A DNA stretch of 64,000 bases from Entomortierella parvispora E1425 (Eukaryota > Fungi > Mortierellomycota): NCBI GenBank assembly GCA_020891255.1, contig BQFW01000008.1, positions 620,001 through 684,000 of the forward strand, in the 5' to 3' direction. The stretch's first letter is position 1. Every line of letters begins with the position of its first letter. The notes under the pieces were generated by a model. It saw only the letters and a list, made by a program, of their open reading frames with translations. It ran no database searches and was not told the origin of the DNA. Shown here piece after piece: positions 21,953 to 35,173 of the stretch. The translations under genes and the position numbers were made by a program.

Positions 21953-24900
21953 TTACTTGACGCCAAATCCCTCTGATTCGTTCATAGCCCGCATCAACAT
22001 GTTCTTTAGTTTTTCCCGTCCTTTGTAGTTGTACAGACACAGCTGGTTGAAACAAGTGTGAGTGGTCGGATATCTGTTTGAATCATGGCTACCCATGCAT
22101 GTAATCTTGAAAGCCAAGTTGGCAATGCCCGTTGCTGGGTATCGATCCGATGCCGTGATAAACTGCAATAGTCGCCGCTGGTTCTTGTCTTCAAACTCTT
22201 TAAAGATGGACCAAAAGTTCCTATGAATACGAAAAAATGAACATCAAAGGGTTAGCTGATGTCAACATGGCCAGTCGGTGGCACTCCTGTATCCCAAAAA
22301 GTGGGAAAGTGAACACGACTTACTTGATGACCTCGTGTTCGTCGTTAAAGCCCTCATACACTGTCACAGAACGAAGTTGGTCAATGTCCAAAGGTTCTGC
22401 ACTGCCTCTGACGAGAAAGTCAATCTCCTCGGGTCGGAACAATGACAGGGCATGGCCACTGCAGACCAGATAGAACCCACGGCGGAACGACTCGAATTGC
22501 TATTATGACAGGAGACAGTGAGATGATTAGACCAAAGCATTAAAGGGCAATCGAAATCTCAAAACAAGTGGATCATCAAACTTACGTCAAAGATGCTGAG
22601 GTTCATGATGAAGTTGGCGTATCGCTCAACATAATGTCGTCTGTTCTCGCTCGTGACAGGAATGTCCTCACCACCGGGTATCAATGGAACCTCTCGACTC
22701 TCACCATAGGCTTCGTAAACTCCAACAAAATTCAAGCAAAAAACGTCTTCTATGCTGTTATCCTCGTCCTCATAATTCAAAAGCTGATCAAATCCTTTTG
22801 CCAAGTCCTGTGTGACCATTGATTTGGTAGATGCACGGGAGGTTAGTTTTGCAAAAAAAATCTCCATCCAACAAAAAGCAACAAGATCAGCAATTCTTCA
22901 AAGCCGGCGTTAGAGACCAACTTACGGGACGGAATGTTGCCAAGTCTTCCAGGGTGACAGGCGTGTTGAGCAACTTCTTATAAACAGCCAGGGGCAGTGG
23001 CAGGTCCAAAATTGTTGAGTTATAGATGGCAAGTCCGATTACAACTCCCACCAAGTAGAACTGATCTAGAGACTCGAATGAAGCCGGATTAAACCAGCAG
23101 TAGTTGGATTGATCGTCGTAAATGAACATCCCTAAATAAAAAGAGTGCGTTAATAACCAACTTTCCGTCAAAGTGGGCGCCCTCCTTCGTAGCAAATAAA
23201 CAGGTGGATTCTTACCATACTGTGGATCAAATAGCTGACGGACAAGCAAGAGGAACCATTCTTTCCGAAGCCCTCCAGCGTCAACTCCATCTTCACCAAT
23301 AAACTCAATGCGAAGTGATTTCTTGAGATCAATTTCATGTCGAGAGAGCTTGAAAGTGACAATAAGGGGTAAAGTTAATCATCCAATTCACTCAGTGTTG
23401 GCAGTACGAAGGTGGACATCGTTCCTTCGCTGACTTACTTGTGTAAGAGATTCCTCGATCAAATTATTACGATGCACCTTAAGTGTCAAAAGCGGTGCTT
23501 GCTGAAGCTCTGCCTGTGTGAGGAGAGTTATCCCGTTCAATTCGCCCCCGTTTTCGCTTGCTGCCTTCAAACGCTTCTGCATCACAAGAGCTTCTATCGT
23601 CTTCTGCATCTGAATTTCCATTGAGCGCTTTGCATCCCAAGCCATGATCTGCATCTTTGCTCCCATTGAGATTAGGAAAGGGTATTGGCAGAATGTAAAC
23701 ATACTAGTGAGAAAAGAGAAACGATCAGGTCAGACTGACGGGACTGAAAATATAACATCTCAAAGTGTCTCCCAGATTGATAGTGCTTACGCTGATCGAG
23801 ACTCCCAGGCACAGAAATCCACAGGCAAGTCAATGAGGTCCACAATCATGTTGTAGTACTCGTCAATAGGGATCCTTTGTGATTTTGTTGCCGAGTTGTT
23901 GCTAAATGGCACGATCACATAGTCGGATCCCGCTCGATTTTTGGTCCCAATCTCGGCGTCCTTTTCATTGGGCTGGTTTGCTTTGAAAAAGAGGTGCATC
24001 ACCCTTGCTGCTGCCTGGATTCTTGCGTCACTCTGGTAAATGATGTGTTGATTCCGGTCACTTGACTTCTGCTGGTTGGAGAGTCTTTGTGTAATAAACT
24101 TGTTAACAAAGTTCACCCGAGTGTGGAAGATAGGTGTACTCAAACAGCTATTGGAGACGAATGTTAGTCTGAAAGCCAAAAGCAGATAGCGGAGTATGAT
24201 GCGCGCTTTCCTTATCCCACAAAACTCACTTTGTAAACCAACTCGACAAATATTTATGCAATTCGCTTGGTAGATTGCTCATGATCGTAAAGAGTCGCTT
24301 TGTAATGTTGTGGTGATAATCTGACTCCTGAGGCGTTCTATGACGTGACAGCCAGGGGCACTAATGAAAAGGCATTGTTAATACCAATTCTAACTGACCA
24401 TAGGCCTCCAAGGCAGAGATCAATCAATTACCTCCAACATCAGCATGATAAACTTCAGGTCTTCCTTGTCTTTAATTTCTCTGCAAATGAGAAACAGTCA
24501 GTTATTCGTTGCGGCCAGTGGCGAAACAAAAAGTCAAGATGAAAGTCTAGTAGCCCGCGTCTTACTTTCCAGGTCGCTTCAGTATCCCATCCACAGATGT
24601 CATGACAGCCAGCGCAATTGAATTGGGCTATGTGAACAGAGAGGGGCTTACAGAATTAGACTCCTATATCCAAGTCGCGTGCCTTTTCAACAGCCGTTTA
24701 ATTCTCATACTGTACCATAGCCAACAACAAGGCAAAGGCCTTTCTCGCGTCTGCCAAATTTACGCCACACTCATCGTACGTCAAAGGCCGTCTCTAAAAG
24801 AACAGTGGAGAGAAACGGACGATTGTACAAATGAGTGCTATGTCAGCCTGACCTTGTGACCCAAGTTTTTTTTTTTTTTTTTCATCCCGAAGACACATCT

Positions 24901-25868
24901 CCAGCCCTGTCCTTGTGCGAGTCATTACGTTGCTAAAGCTGGCGTTGAAGGCAGCAAACTTTTTTAGTTTTTCGCGCAAAAGAGCCTCCAGATCTGAGTA
25001 ATCGAGGTCTCCTCCCGTCTCTGCTTGTCTATCCTTTGCTCGTTCTATCTCGCGTTCGATCTGTTGCAGAGTAAGTGGTTCCTGTGGCACTATTGTTTCA
25101 AGAGAGAGATCAAAGCGGTTGCCAGGATTTATGGATTAGAACTGGTGCAGAGTTCTTTGTATACAACCTCGTCTGTATTCATAGACACGATCGAGCGATA
25201 GTGTAGCCTCCAATGACCACCACTGTCAGGAGTGGGCAGGACAATCCTTGTCCCGCAGGACTCCCAGGGGGGCTTTTGTTGATCGGGCTGTGTCCATGGC
25301 TCATTCCAGTGTCTACATTCCCTTGGCGTTCCCTTTTGACTATTCTGACCCGACGAACGTACCAATGCCTGGAGCCGCAATCAGGTCGTTGATGGTGTCG
25401 CAAGTAACGCATTGGAAGACCTTGACGGCCTGCGGGTAGCAGAGTTGACTTTCAAGGTGAAAGAGAGTCTGGGTTAGAGGTCCGTTTTGTAGAGAGGACA
25501 AACAATGCATGCAAGTTCGCCTAAACTGGCCTTGAGAAGTAATACTCACCTCTTGCAGTACATGCACTTTCCAATAATCTACAGCCGAATGCATGCAATG
25601 CCTGTTAGCTAAAGTCCAGTCTACATCCGAGACGACGCTCTGCTCTCTTGCATTTAGAATGCCAAGAAAAAGAAGTGCATGCGATAATGAAAAGCCAAGC
25701 GAAGAAAAAAAGCGCGCCGAGCAACGTCGGATGAATGTCACGTACCAAATGACTTCCCTGAGGATCATTCGTGGACGAGGAAGATGCTGATGAAGGACGC
25801 GGCGGAGGGGCATGTTGGGTGCCTTGTTGGAGATAGGAGTAGGGAGAGTATCCCTGCTGACTGGTCAT
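21953..25868 (-). CDS. HECT-domain E3 ubiquitin ligase (Hul4/HERC4-like), multi-exon; start uncertain
   Basis: LKVHRNNLIEESL, ELTLEGFGKNGSSCLSVSYLIHSMV read-through flanked by FDPQYGMF..., FYLVGVVIGLAIYNSTILDLPLP and LLQFITASDRYP. Catalytic YPTTHTCFNQL. N-terminal TCMHC...VKVFQCVTCDTINDL motif. Confidence 0.9.
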
Positions 25869-27070
25869 GGCGCTCTTGGAGTTGGCAATACAAAGAGCAC
25901 GACGGGTGAGTGTGGTGAAGGTCCGGGGGATCCACAGTAGACACAGAGATGGGGAGACGGGTCAATGACAAGAGGACAGAAGGACACAATGGAGAGAACG
26001 GTAGAGTTGGATGGATGGATGCGCCAAGGGATGCAGACGAGAGGAAGGAAGGAAGGAGGCGGGCATATGGGTCTCGTGCGCCCTGGGGGGTCGACAGCGT
26101 GCTGGGCCCATGCAAACAGCTCACACGGTGTGGATGTCGCAATTGAACCAGTCTCGTTTCTCCTGCCCTGGGTCTGTGGCGAAGCAACCGTGCTCTCTTC
26201 CTGCTCTCTTCCTGCTCTCCTCCAATGTGCCTGTGGTTCCGTGGACGGTTCTTCCTGCCCCGTGCTGCTGGCCATGGTGCCCAGTCCACCTCCTGCCTCG
26301 GTGCTTCTGGCCACGCTGCAGCTAGGCGAACCCGGAGTAAAAGTAAATGAAGACACTGTGATTATCTTTTTGAAATATAAAGTCAATGTAGAAAGAAGCA
26401 CGGGGAGCATTGCACTTTTGAGCCCGAGCAGAAGGACCTTCTTGAACTCAACTGGAAGCCACCGTAGCTGTTGACGCGACTGTCCTAGATTCTCCAGATG
26501 CCGGATCCGTATCTTATTTCCGTAAACATGATCAACAGCGCAGCCTAGCACTCCCATCGATGCCCATTCGCAGCTTCTGACGTTCAATTGCGACGTTCTT
26601 GCGTGACGGGGACTTTTATTCAATTAGTCAACTCTTCCAGCAGCATGCACAAGTGCGTTGTGGGAAAGGAACCTCTCAAGGTTCGTCTCGCAGGTTTCAA
26701 TTTTTTTTTTCGATGACAAATTGTCGCGTTCAGGACGCGTTTTTCACCCCCTCCTCCGCAGCAACTCTCTGGTCAATGCCGAGGAAAGTGCGATAGTCTA
26801 CCCTTCCGTTGGATCCTGCTTTGTGTCCGCAGCTTACTGGGACGTCTGCCCTTCGTTATTCTCCTGTTGCTCACGTCTTTTTAGCACCGTTGTACGACAC
26901 GGTTATTTGCGTCGCTCATGCAAAACGAATGAAAAGAAAAAAAAATTGAAGGAAAGAAGCACATAGAAGCACATTGAAGCTTTTGAGGTCTCTACTGGCG
27001 CTCAACCTATCACCCATCTTCTTTCACCTCCGAGGCACGGTCCACTTTTTTTGTCATGGTTCACTTCAGG

Positions 27071-27078
27071 TATAAAAA
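27071..27078 (+). promoter_or_regulatory. Candidate TATA box of oxidoreductase gene
   Basis: TATAAAAA about 140 nt upstream of ATG 27212. Confidence 0.5.
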
Positions 27079-27211
27079 GGGACAGCATTTCTTCCTTGCC
27101 TTCTCTTTTCTTGTTTCTGATATTCAAAAACATTCTCGCTCACACCAAACCAACCAACCAAGTCTCTCCCTCTTCCTTTCTTGCTTACTTATCCACCCAA
27201 ACCTTTCAACC

Positions 27212-28689
27212 ATGGTCACTACTAGCAACAAGACCGTCGTCTTCCGAAAGACCCCCTCAGAGTACCCTGTCGCTGGTGAACATCTCGATGTCGAAACCAG
27301 AGAACTCGTTACTGATCTGAAAGAGAATGAGGTTCTCACCCGCAACCTCTTCCTTTCCGCTGACCCCTGTATGGATCTGGACTCATGAAATATCAGCTAT
27401 TGAATGTCAGGATATCCCTTTGAAAGTAAAACGAAGGTCACCCACTTTTCTTACCGTATGGCAACGCCTCTCTTTGAAACCCTCTTCTACGATTAAACCT
27501 AGACCTTCGAGGCCGTATGCGTCCCAGCCCGTCCTACATTCCTGGCTACGTTATCGGTTCACCTTTGGATAGCTACGGTGTCGCTGAAGTCGTTTCGTCC
27601 AAGAACCCCGCCTACCCCGTTGGAACCATTATCTACGGCACTGTTCGATGGGAAGAGTACAGCGTGATCTCGGCGGATCGCATCTCTTCCTTCGAGATCC
27701 TCCCCAAGGCAAGAGAATTGGCTTCTCGGATCCCTCTGTCCAACTATGTAAGATTTCTTTATCCTTTTTCAGTCTTTTTTTGTTTTGTTTTTTAGTATGC
27801 TGTCCCTTTCTGTACCAATTCTCTGACCTCTATTGCTTGAAAATCGCTACAACAGGTAGGCGTCGCAGGGATGCCAGGTCAGACAGCCTACAGTTCATTG
27901 AAGGCAGTTGCGAAACCCAAGGCGGGAGAAACAATTTACATTTCCGCAGCTTCGGGTGCCGTGGGTCAATTGGTCGGCCAATTGGCGAAGCTGCAGGGCC
28001 TGCGAGTCGTGGGCAGTGCAGGCAGCGATGCCAAAGTCGAGTATCTCCTCAAAGAGCTGAAATTCGATGCCGCCTTCAACTACAAGAACGGATCGGTTTT
28101 GGAGTCGCTCAGAGAGGCCGCCCCTGAGGGAATTGACATCTACTATGATAATGTCGGTGCAGAGCATCTGGAGGCTGCTTTAGAGGTCCTCAACAAGTAC
28201 GGGCGCGTCGTCGGTAAGTTGGTGCTCTATTCATTAGAGCAGCGATCTTCAACACCCTGTACAATCGCCGATGTCGGTGCCAATGCCGATGCCGATGCCG
28301 ATGCCGATGCTTCAAAAAAAAAAAAAAAAAAAAAAAAGAATTGAAATCACTGTGCCACCCTTCCCGCTACTAACTTTGAATGCCATGGAACCTTCACACC
28401 TTGAATAGCCTGTGGACAGATTGCCGACTACAACACGAAGACGCCTTATGGGGTCAAGAACTTAATGTATATCGTTGCTAAAAGCCTCCGTGTGGAGGGC
28501 TTCCTGGTCACGGACTATACAAGGGAACGGAAGGATTTCTTGAATGAGATCAGTCAGTCAATCTTGAACGGCGATATTATCTACAAGGAGGATATTACTG
28601 ACGGCCTCGACAAAGCCCCCGAAGCCCTTATCGGTATCTTCCACGGCAAGAACTTTGGCAAAGCCGTCATTAAGATCGCAGATCTTTGA
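27212..28689 (+). CDS. NADP-dependent oxidoreductase (MDR family, prostaglandin reductase/alkenal reductase-like), 4 exons
   Basis: NLFLSADP|YLRGRM, GMPGQTAY, ISAASGAVGQLVGQLAKLQGLRVVGSAGSDAK, GIDIYYDNVG and NFGKAVIKI. Confidence 0.92.
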
Positions 28690-28911
28690 GTGTTTTGAAA
28701 AATTAAAAAAGAAATAAAGGTCAAGAAATAAAGATGCTGATTCTATCCCACAACAGAGACGCCCATTCCTTGTACTTGAAGGGGAAGCAGAAGAAGAAGC
28801 GTGCGGGCATGCTGTGGCAATCAACAAGAGCAAGTAAGAACTTCTTTTGATATTTTGTTATTATTTATTGTATTATGGTATGAGATGATTATACATGATA
28901 GTCAGACGCCC

Positions 28912-31239
28912 TTATTGGTAGATCTGACTATAGGCGTTGGCACCACCAAGGACGCAATGATCCATGGCATCGGCATCGGTGTTGGTCAACTGCGAGGGGT
29001 TGCCCCACCAGATAGGAGCGGCACCATCCCATGACTGGATACCGAAGAAGATGACAAGACCCGAGACGGCAACACCAGTATCCAAAGCGGCGGACGTAAG
29101 GTAGTTGTAACGGGCCCACCAGTCATAGCGGTAACGTCTGAGGAGGAAGGCAAAGATGAAACCAAGGAAGAGACCGTTGGTGTACATGTAAGGGAGAGCT
29201 GGGGGCATGTTGGAGGTGGCAGCCAACAACACGGGCCAGTGCACAAACTTCAACCAGGTCTTGGTAGGGAACTTCTTGGCCAAAGCCCAGAAGAGCAAAG
29301 GAAGAACAGCACCGACGACGAAACCCCACTGGACTGGACCATAGATGGCACCATCTTGACTACCAAAGACACGACCAGGTCCAATGGCTCCCCAAATGAT
29401 GGAGGCAGAGTAGAAGGTCTTGGTAGAACGGCAAGTGAAGGGGTAACCCTGGGGGGTGCAGACGTTAGGGCGAGTGTTGACCAACCAGGTGGCGGTACCC
29501 AAGTTGATGATGCAGGAAATGACCGAGGAGACGACCTGGGCCATGAACATGGTGCGAGGAGGAATCTTCATGTAGTGTCCCAACTTCAAGTCAGAGACAA
29601 AGTTGAGGGCCTGAACGTTGACAATGTAACCGTAGGTCTTGAAGGTGACGTTGGCAATGGCGTGTCCGGGGAGGAGGTAACCAATGACGTACTCGGTAAC
29701 AATGTTAAGACCGGGCTGCTGGTTGGTAACGGCCTGGACAATACCGACGGGGAGGACAAAGATCAAGGCAATAGCGAGAGCCAAGATAAGGGCCCACCAA
29801 GGCATGTAATCCCAGACAACACAGGTAACCATGGAGAGGGCAATGGTGATGATGAAGAGAATACCGTACCACCAGTCAGGAACCTCGGGGTAGACAGACA
29901 TGAGGCGAGAGTGAATATCCTCGTTCTCGTGACGGGCAGACTTCCAGCGGGCAACAATCTCGCGACCGTTGTAGAGGGCGACGTGAACGAGGGTAGCGGT
30001 CAAACCGGCGAAACCAACTCCGTAGGTCAAGGCAAAGAAGGAGTCCATGCGGAGAGGACCGTAGGCGAGGTAGGAAGCCTCATCTAAGAGACCAGCACTG
30101 TCGAGAACAGCGGTCTTGTTGTACACGGTTCCATCCACCTTGTAAAGAGTAGAGGTGACAATGGGGAAGTTCTTGGAGCCCCAAAGGTCAGTGTAGTAGG
30201 CCCAAGGAACCATGATGTAGGTGACGAGGATGAATCCGACCAAGATGTTGACCTGAGCGAACCAGGGGGTGACCAAGGGAGCGACATAGGCAGAGGCGGC
30301 AGCCCAATCAAGAGCAATGACACCAATTCCGAGGCCGTTCGATCCAGTAAGAGTGGCGAGAACCTGGTTGGAGGGCTTGATCCAGCAAATCCAGGCAATG
30401 GTTCCGATGGTAGGGAAGAGAAGACCAGGCAACCAGTAGTAGATAAACATTCCTCCGGCGACGATCATGAAGTACTTGATGCGGGGCATGCGTCCGTTGT
30501 CCTCCTCACCCTCAAGAACGTGCAGAGAACGGAAGAGCGAGGCAGTGACGAGAGTACCAGGCCAGACCATGTGGGCGGGGCGAACCAAGAAGCGGCGAAT
30601 GATACCGGCGAGGGCGAAACCAGTGATCTGGGTGGTGAGAACCAAGAACATACCGGCGACGAAGGGCTTCTCCGAGTGGTACCAGATCTTCTGCAAGATA
30701 ACAATGTCGACAGCGTAGGCGGTCGAAGTGTTGCAGGCAACCATGGTTCCGATCAAAACGTGCTCCTTGATGGAGAATGGACCAGGGTTGAAAGAGAATT
30801 TGTAACCAAAGAAGGAGAACTGACGGGTAGGCAAGACACGGGCCATGAAGTGACCCATGGGGAGAGAGAGAAGAGCAACAACAGAGTATCCGATACTGAT
30901 GGTGGTTTGGCGAAGGTAAAAGAACTGGTTGACGAAGGAAATGATGGCAGTCCAGAGCAAACCGAGGAACCACATGCGGAAGGTATTGTAGGGAATAGTG
31001 GGGTCATCGGTGTCTGAGAGAGCAAGGGAGAGCACAGGATTCGTTAGAAATCAATTGATGTTTGCTCAACTGTGATAAACAGTTGGATCGGCCAACTTAC
31101 TGTCGATGGTGACACGGACTTCCTCGATGGGGGAGTTGTCCTCCTCTTCGAGGTTGGTGACATGCTCCTCAATGTCCTCGCGGACCTTCTCATCGACGTA
31201 GTCGATCTTGTCGTCAAAGACTTGTTCGGTCTTAGACAT
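28912..31239 (-). CDS. OPT-family oligopeptide transporter; exons 31239-31101, 31013-28912
   Basis: SPIEEVRVTI.NTDDP, NPGPFSIKEH and DLKLGHYMKIPPR signature motifs, with many transmembrane segments. Confidence 0.95.
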
Positions 31240-34196
31240 GGCTGGTATATGGGGGAGTGGTGAGGATGGGGAAGATGACGTTAAGATGTGGAAGGGAGAG
31301 GCGGAAGGCGAAGAGCCGAGTCGGAGGAGGCAAAAGCCGGTGAAAGGGACGGAGGGAGGGCGAGGGGAGGGAGGCGGTGGATCAAAAAGAGAGAGGAAAT
31401 GTTCACGAGGAAAAAAAGAAAAGAGAAGCGGATAACGATCCGTATTTATGGGAAGCGAGGCCAGCGCAAGGGAAGACTGAAGGAGAGTTCTGGGGGTCCT
31501 ATTCGTCCCCTGGGGTGAAGCAAAAAAAAAGAAATGGACAGCGAGTTGCTTCTTTGGTGCGGCCACTGGGCCGTGAGTGGTGCCGAGGAGACGACCAGTG
31601 CGAGGCAAGTGCCTGGAATAGGGTTTCCACGGTGTAGACATATGTGAGGATGGTGACTCTGTCAAAGGGGCAATGGACTAAAAATACAATTGAATTGTAT
31701 TTCAACTTCATCCCCCGGCTCACACCCACTTTCCACCTCGATCGAGATACATGTTATTTGGACTCATATCCTCCAAAACAGGGGACGAAAAACTCATCAC
31801 ACGGCCTCAATCTCGCCTTATTGGACCGCAATGGTCTTACTGTACCGTTGACCAACCAGTTTGGTCTTGCACTCTGCGGAGTTCGCTTGGCTCATCCTGG
31901 CATTGCTCAACGCGGATACAAGCAGTGTCGACAGTGACAGCCTGACGCGGAACTCAAGCCGAGTCGTCGAATGCAGGCTGCACCCTTGTAATCTGGACTA
32001 AGAGTATGGGTACTGTACTATCTCATGAGCCTTTTTCGTCTTCAGATCGTATCTCACCGTCCCTTTGCCTTGCTGCAGATAGGAGGAAAGAGGATCCACC
32101 TTCTGCTTCTTTCTTCTCCCTATCTGTCTCCTGCTCCCTCGCCCATGCAGATGCCTGATCATAGCTTTGCTTCCTTGCCCTGAGGTGCCACGCACAGATC
32201 CACGAGGATGTGGGTGCGATGGGAAATTACATCCCCGGTGCGACCTAACAATTATGTCAACCCTGGACAACTGTGCGCGTTTGTTTACCAATTGACCCTG
32301 GACGAACCATACAAAGAGGGCGAGGGCAGCCAGATCGAGAAGAGAGCGAACAGTCGCCATCCAAAAAGAGTTTTTCTCAGAAAGATTCTGCTTGCTCGCG
32401 AGTGGGTTCACTCTTGCGTTGCTCTGCTGATCAGAAGGAAAGAGAGAAAAAAAAACTTTGATTCCACAAATGAGGAAATGTGTCTGGTCCTGCTCATGAA
32501 ACAAAAGAGTCGGCGCAGAGACACATTCGCTTGAGCGTAATGCACTCTAGTATCGCTCCATCTGCTGGCTCCCTTTTCAGCTTCCCTACAGCCCGAGGAA
32601 GATTAGACAATTAATAATGAGTCCATCCTGCTGCTGTGGGCACAGCGAATGATCAGCCTTCCTCGGACACTCTTCCGTCCAAACCCATCTTTGAGTTGGC
32701 CAATGGTTGTCCCCTGGCCCCATTTTCGGATGATTCTCGGCTTTGCTCTGCTCCCTTGCGTGGCCTTTTCTCGGCAAGATAGACAGCGCCCCCTGTTGTC
32801 CCCTGCTCTGCTCTCCATCTTTGCACGGTACGGCCTCAAGTGTACATTGGCAATCATCCACTGGCAAGAGTGCCTGCAAGTGTTTAAAGTATTGAATCAT
32901 CAGCTCTTTCCCATGAAGGTGGATTGCTAACTCGGGGCACACGGGATACACGGTGGGTTAGAACAACCTGCCTGCCGACTTGATCGGAGGAGCAACGCCA
33001 CAGCGTGCGATCTCTGCGCCATTGCGATCCCTCACATCGGCTCAATTGCCATTCATATCCCAAGCTCCCACCACCTCCCTGAACTCTGTTGCTGTGCGTC
33101 CTATAGGCAATGTACTGCAATATTTCTTTGCCGTGTATATCGCTTCTCATAGAGCAAAAGCAGCAGGTCCTGGTCCGCCAGCGCAAAGTGCACCGATGTA
33201 AAGTTTACGGCGCTCTCCGGGCCTGCACAAATGAACACAACTAATAAACACAAACAATAATCAATTTTTTTTGTTTTGTTGCCTGCTCACCCGGGAAAAC
33301 AGTCTTCCATCGTGGGAAATCAGATCGCAGGAACACAACTGTGCAACACCGTCCTGGGATGCACCATTCTTGCACTTGCAAACGACCAGCAGACACTGCC
33401 ATCCTTGCTGCCATGATCCTTTCACTCTCCAGCAGGCTATCGCACGAGATAGGTAGAAACAAGAATCTAAGGCCCGCCCGAACCTCCTTCCGGAGAATCG
33501 ACACCATTAAGCTCGGATGGCTTCTCGTTGGGCCATCCAAGACCGAGAGTCACCTGCATGAGATGGTGCCCAGAGTCCGCAAAAGAACGTCAGAAACGAT
33601 AAAAAAGAGATGCGATAGGGACGGGAGCATCTGCATAGGATGGCCAATCGGTGCTCGACCGAGAGACTCGCTGGAGTGCTTTCTCTGTCTCGCACCTTCT
33701 TTTTGCACTTGACCAGCTGCTGAGTTTCCCAGCAATGGTTCGGAGTCGAATTCATGGCCTCTGGGCCCTCACCCGGCTCTTACCCACCTCTCTCTCTCTC
33801 TACCAGAGGTAACTTCTGACTCCATATCGTAGAGCTTACTCCCCGGGGGTTGCGCCCATATTGTATCGCACTTTTAACTATCCGGCGCCCACCATGCATG
33901 ATGATGCTGCAGCCACTCACAAGGTGACTTTCTCTAAGGCTGATCACCCTCTGCCGTCATCCCCGCGCTCTTCGACACAGCCCCGCGTGACTCTCTGAGG
34001 AAAGAACCGTATGCGGATAAATCCTTGGATACGTACTTGCACAATTGCTTCTCAAGGAGCCATAGTTTCATATGCTCTTTTTGCCCACGCGATTTGTGAT
34101 ATAGTTCTTGCTGAGGAATGGCTAACGTAATGTATGTTTCGCTCGATAGGATGATCCTGCCCATAGGGGCTCTCTTACAGTGTCAACTTCCGTCTT

Positions 34197-35173
34197 TCAT
34201 CGTCGACGGGTTGCAAGAACACCAATACAAATCCCCGTGGTCAAGACGACAAGGTCGATGAGCAATCTAGGAGCGATCAAGGCAGTCCAATTCTTGCTGC
34301 TACGACTCAGCGACATCAGCAGCGCGCTGCTGCCTGGCCCATCGGCCTCATATCCAACGATATTCTCATCCAACGTCAGCGCAGTTCGGTGGTAGCTGCC
34401 CAGCCATTCAGGCCCCATTCGTTCATGTCGCATCCCGGGCAGTCCATCCAAGCTGACTGCATTGTAGGTTCGCCAATAGTCTGTTACTTTTTCCTCCTCC
34501 TTCTTTGCAAAACCGTTGAGCAAGGTCGGTCGTGGCCCCTTATAATCAAAGTACGGTACGGCGTATCCACAGCTGGTTCCAACTTTTCGAACATCGACCA
34601 TGATGATGCCTCGACAACCGACCGAATTCACAACGGGCTGGGACTCTGGATTTTGATAATGGGCCGAGATGATGTCATTGTACTCGGGAGAACCCAAACG
34701 GACGACGCGACCACGTCCAATGAGTCGCATGATCCTAGGACCTCCTTCAAAGGCCAGAAGCATCAACGTGATACGACCGTTTTCCTCGAGATGACTCTGT
34801 GTCTCGATACCTGAACCTGTAAAGATGATGTTCGTTTCACAGTGAGGTATCCTCGACAAAATGGTTAGCCAAAACATAGATAAATGGACCCGCTCAACCA
34901 CTTCTCTAGGTTTTACATCCGTGTCTGCCTCATGATACATTCGAGCGTGTCCACGTGCGGGATCTTACATTAAAAGGCAGATGAGGTTTCCTTACCAGAC
35001 AGTTCCAGATAGCAGACCGCGTTGGGTCCTAGGATCCGTAGGGAATCGTATCCCTTTGGAGAGGTGTTGACGGTGCCTTTAACAGATGCGGGCGCAGTCG
35101 CAACAAAAAAGATCTTTTGCTTCTTAATCCATTCAGCATGGTCATCACTGATACTATCAAAGAATTGCCCCAT
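34197..35173 (-). CDS. Pyridoxamine 5'-phosphate oxidase-like FMN-binding protein with C-terminal hydrophobic segment; exons 35173-34996, 34816-34197
   Basis: WIKKQKIFFVATAP...VNTSPKG, LSG|SGIETQSHLEENGRITLM..AFEGGPRIMRLIGRG and TSCGYAVPYFDY. Confidence 0.88.

Noticed and set aside
29239-31017. Long plus-strand ORFs (282 aa, 165 aa) opposite the OPT gene
   Set aside because: Antisense shadows produced by biased codon usage of the OPT gene.
32884-33135. Short similarity between HGKEILQY and HGKELMIQY in adjacent minus-strand frames
   Set aside because: Too short, and the DNA does not align beyond a few codons, so it is likely chance.
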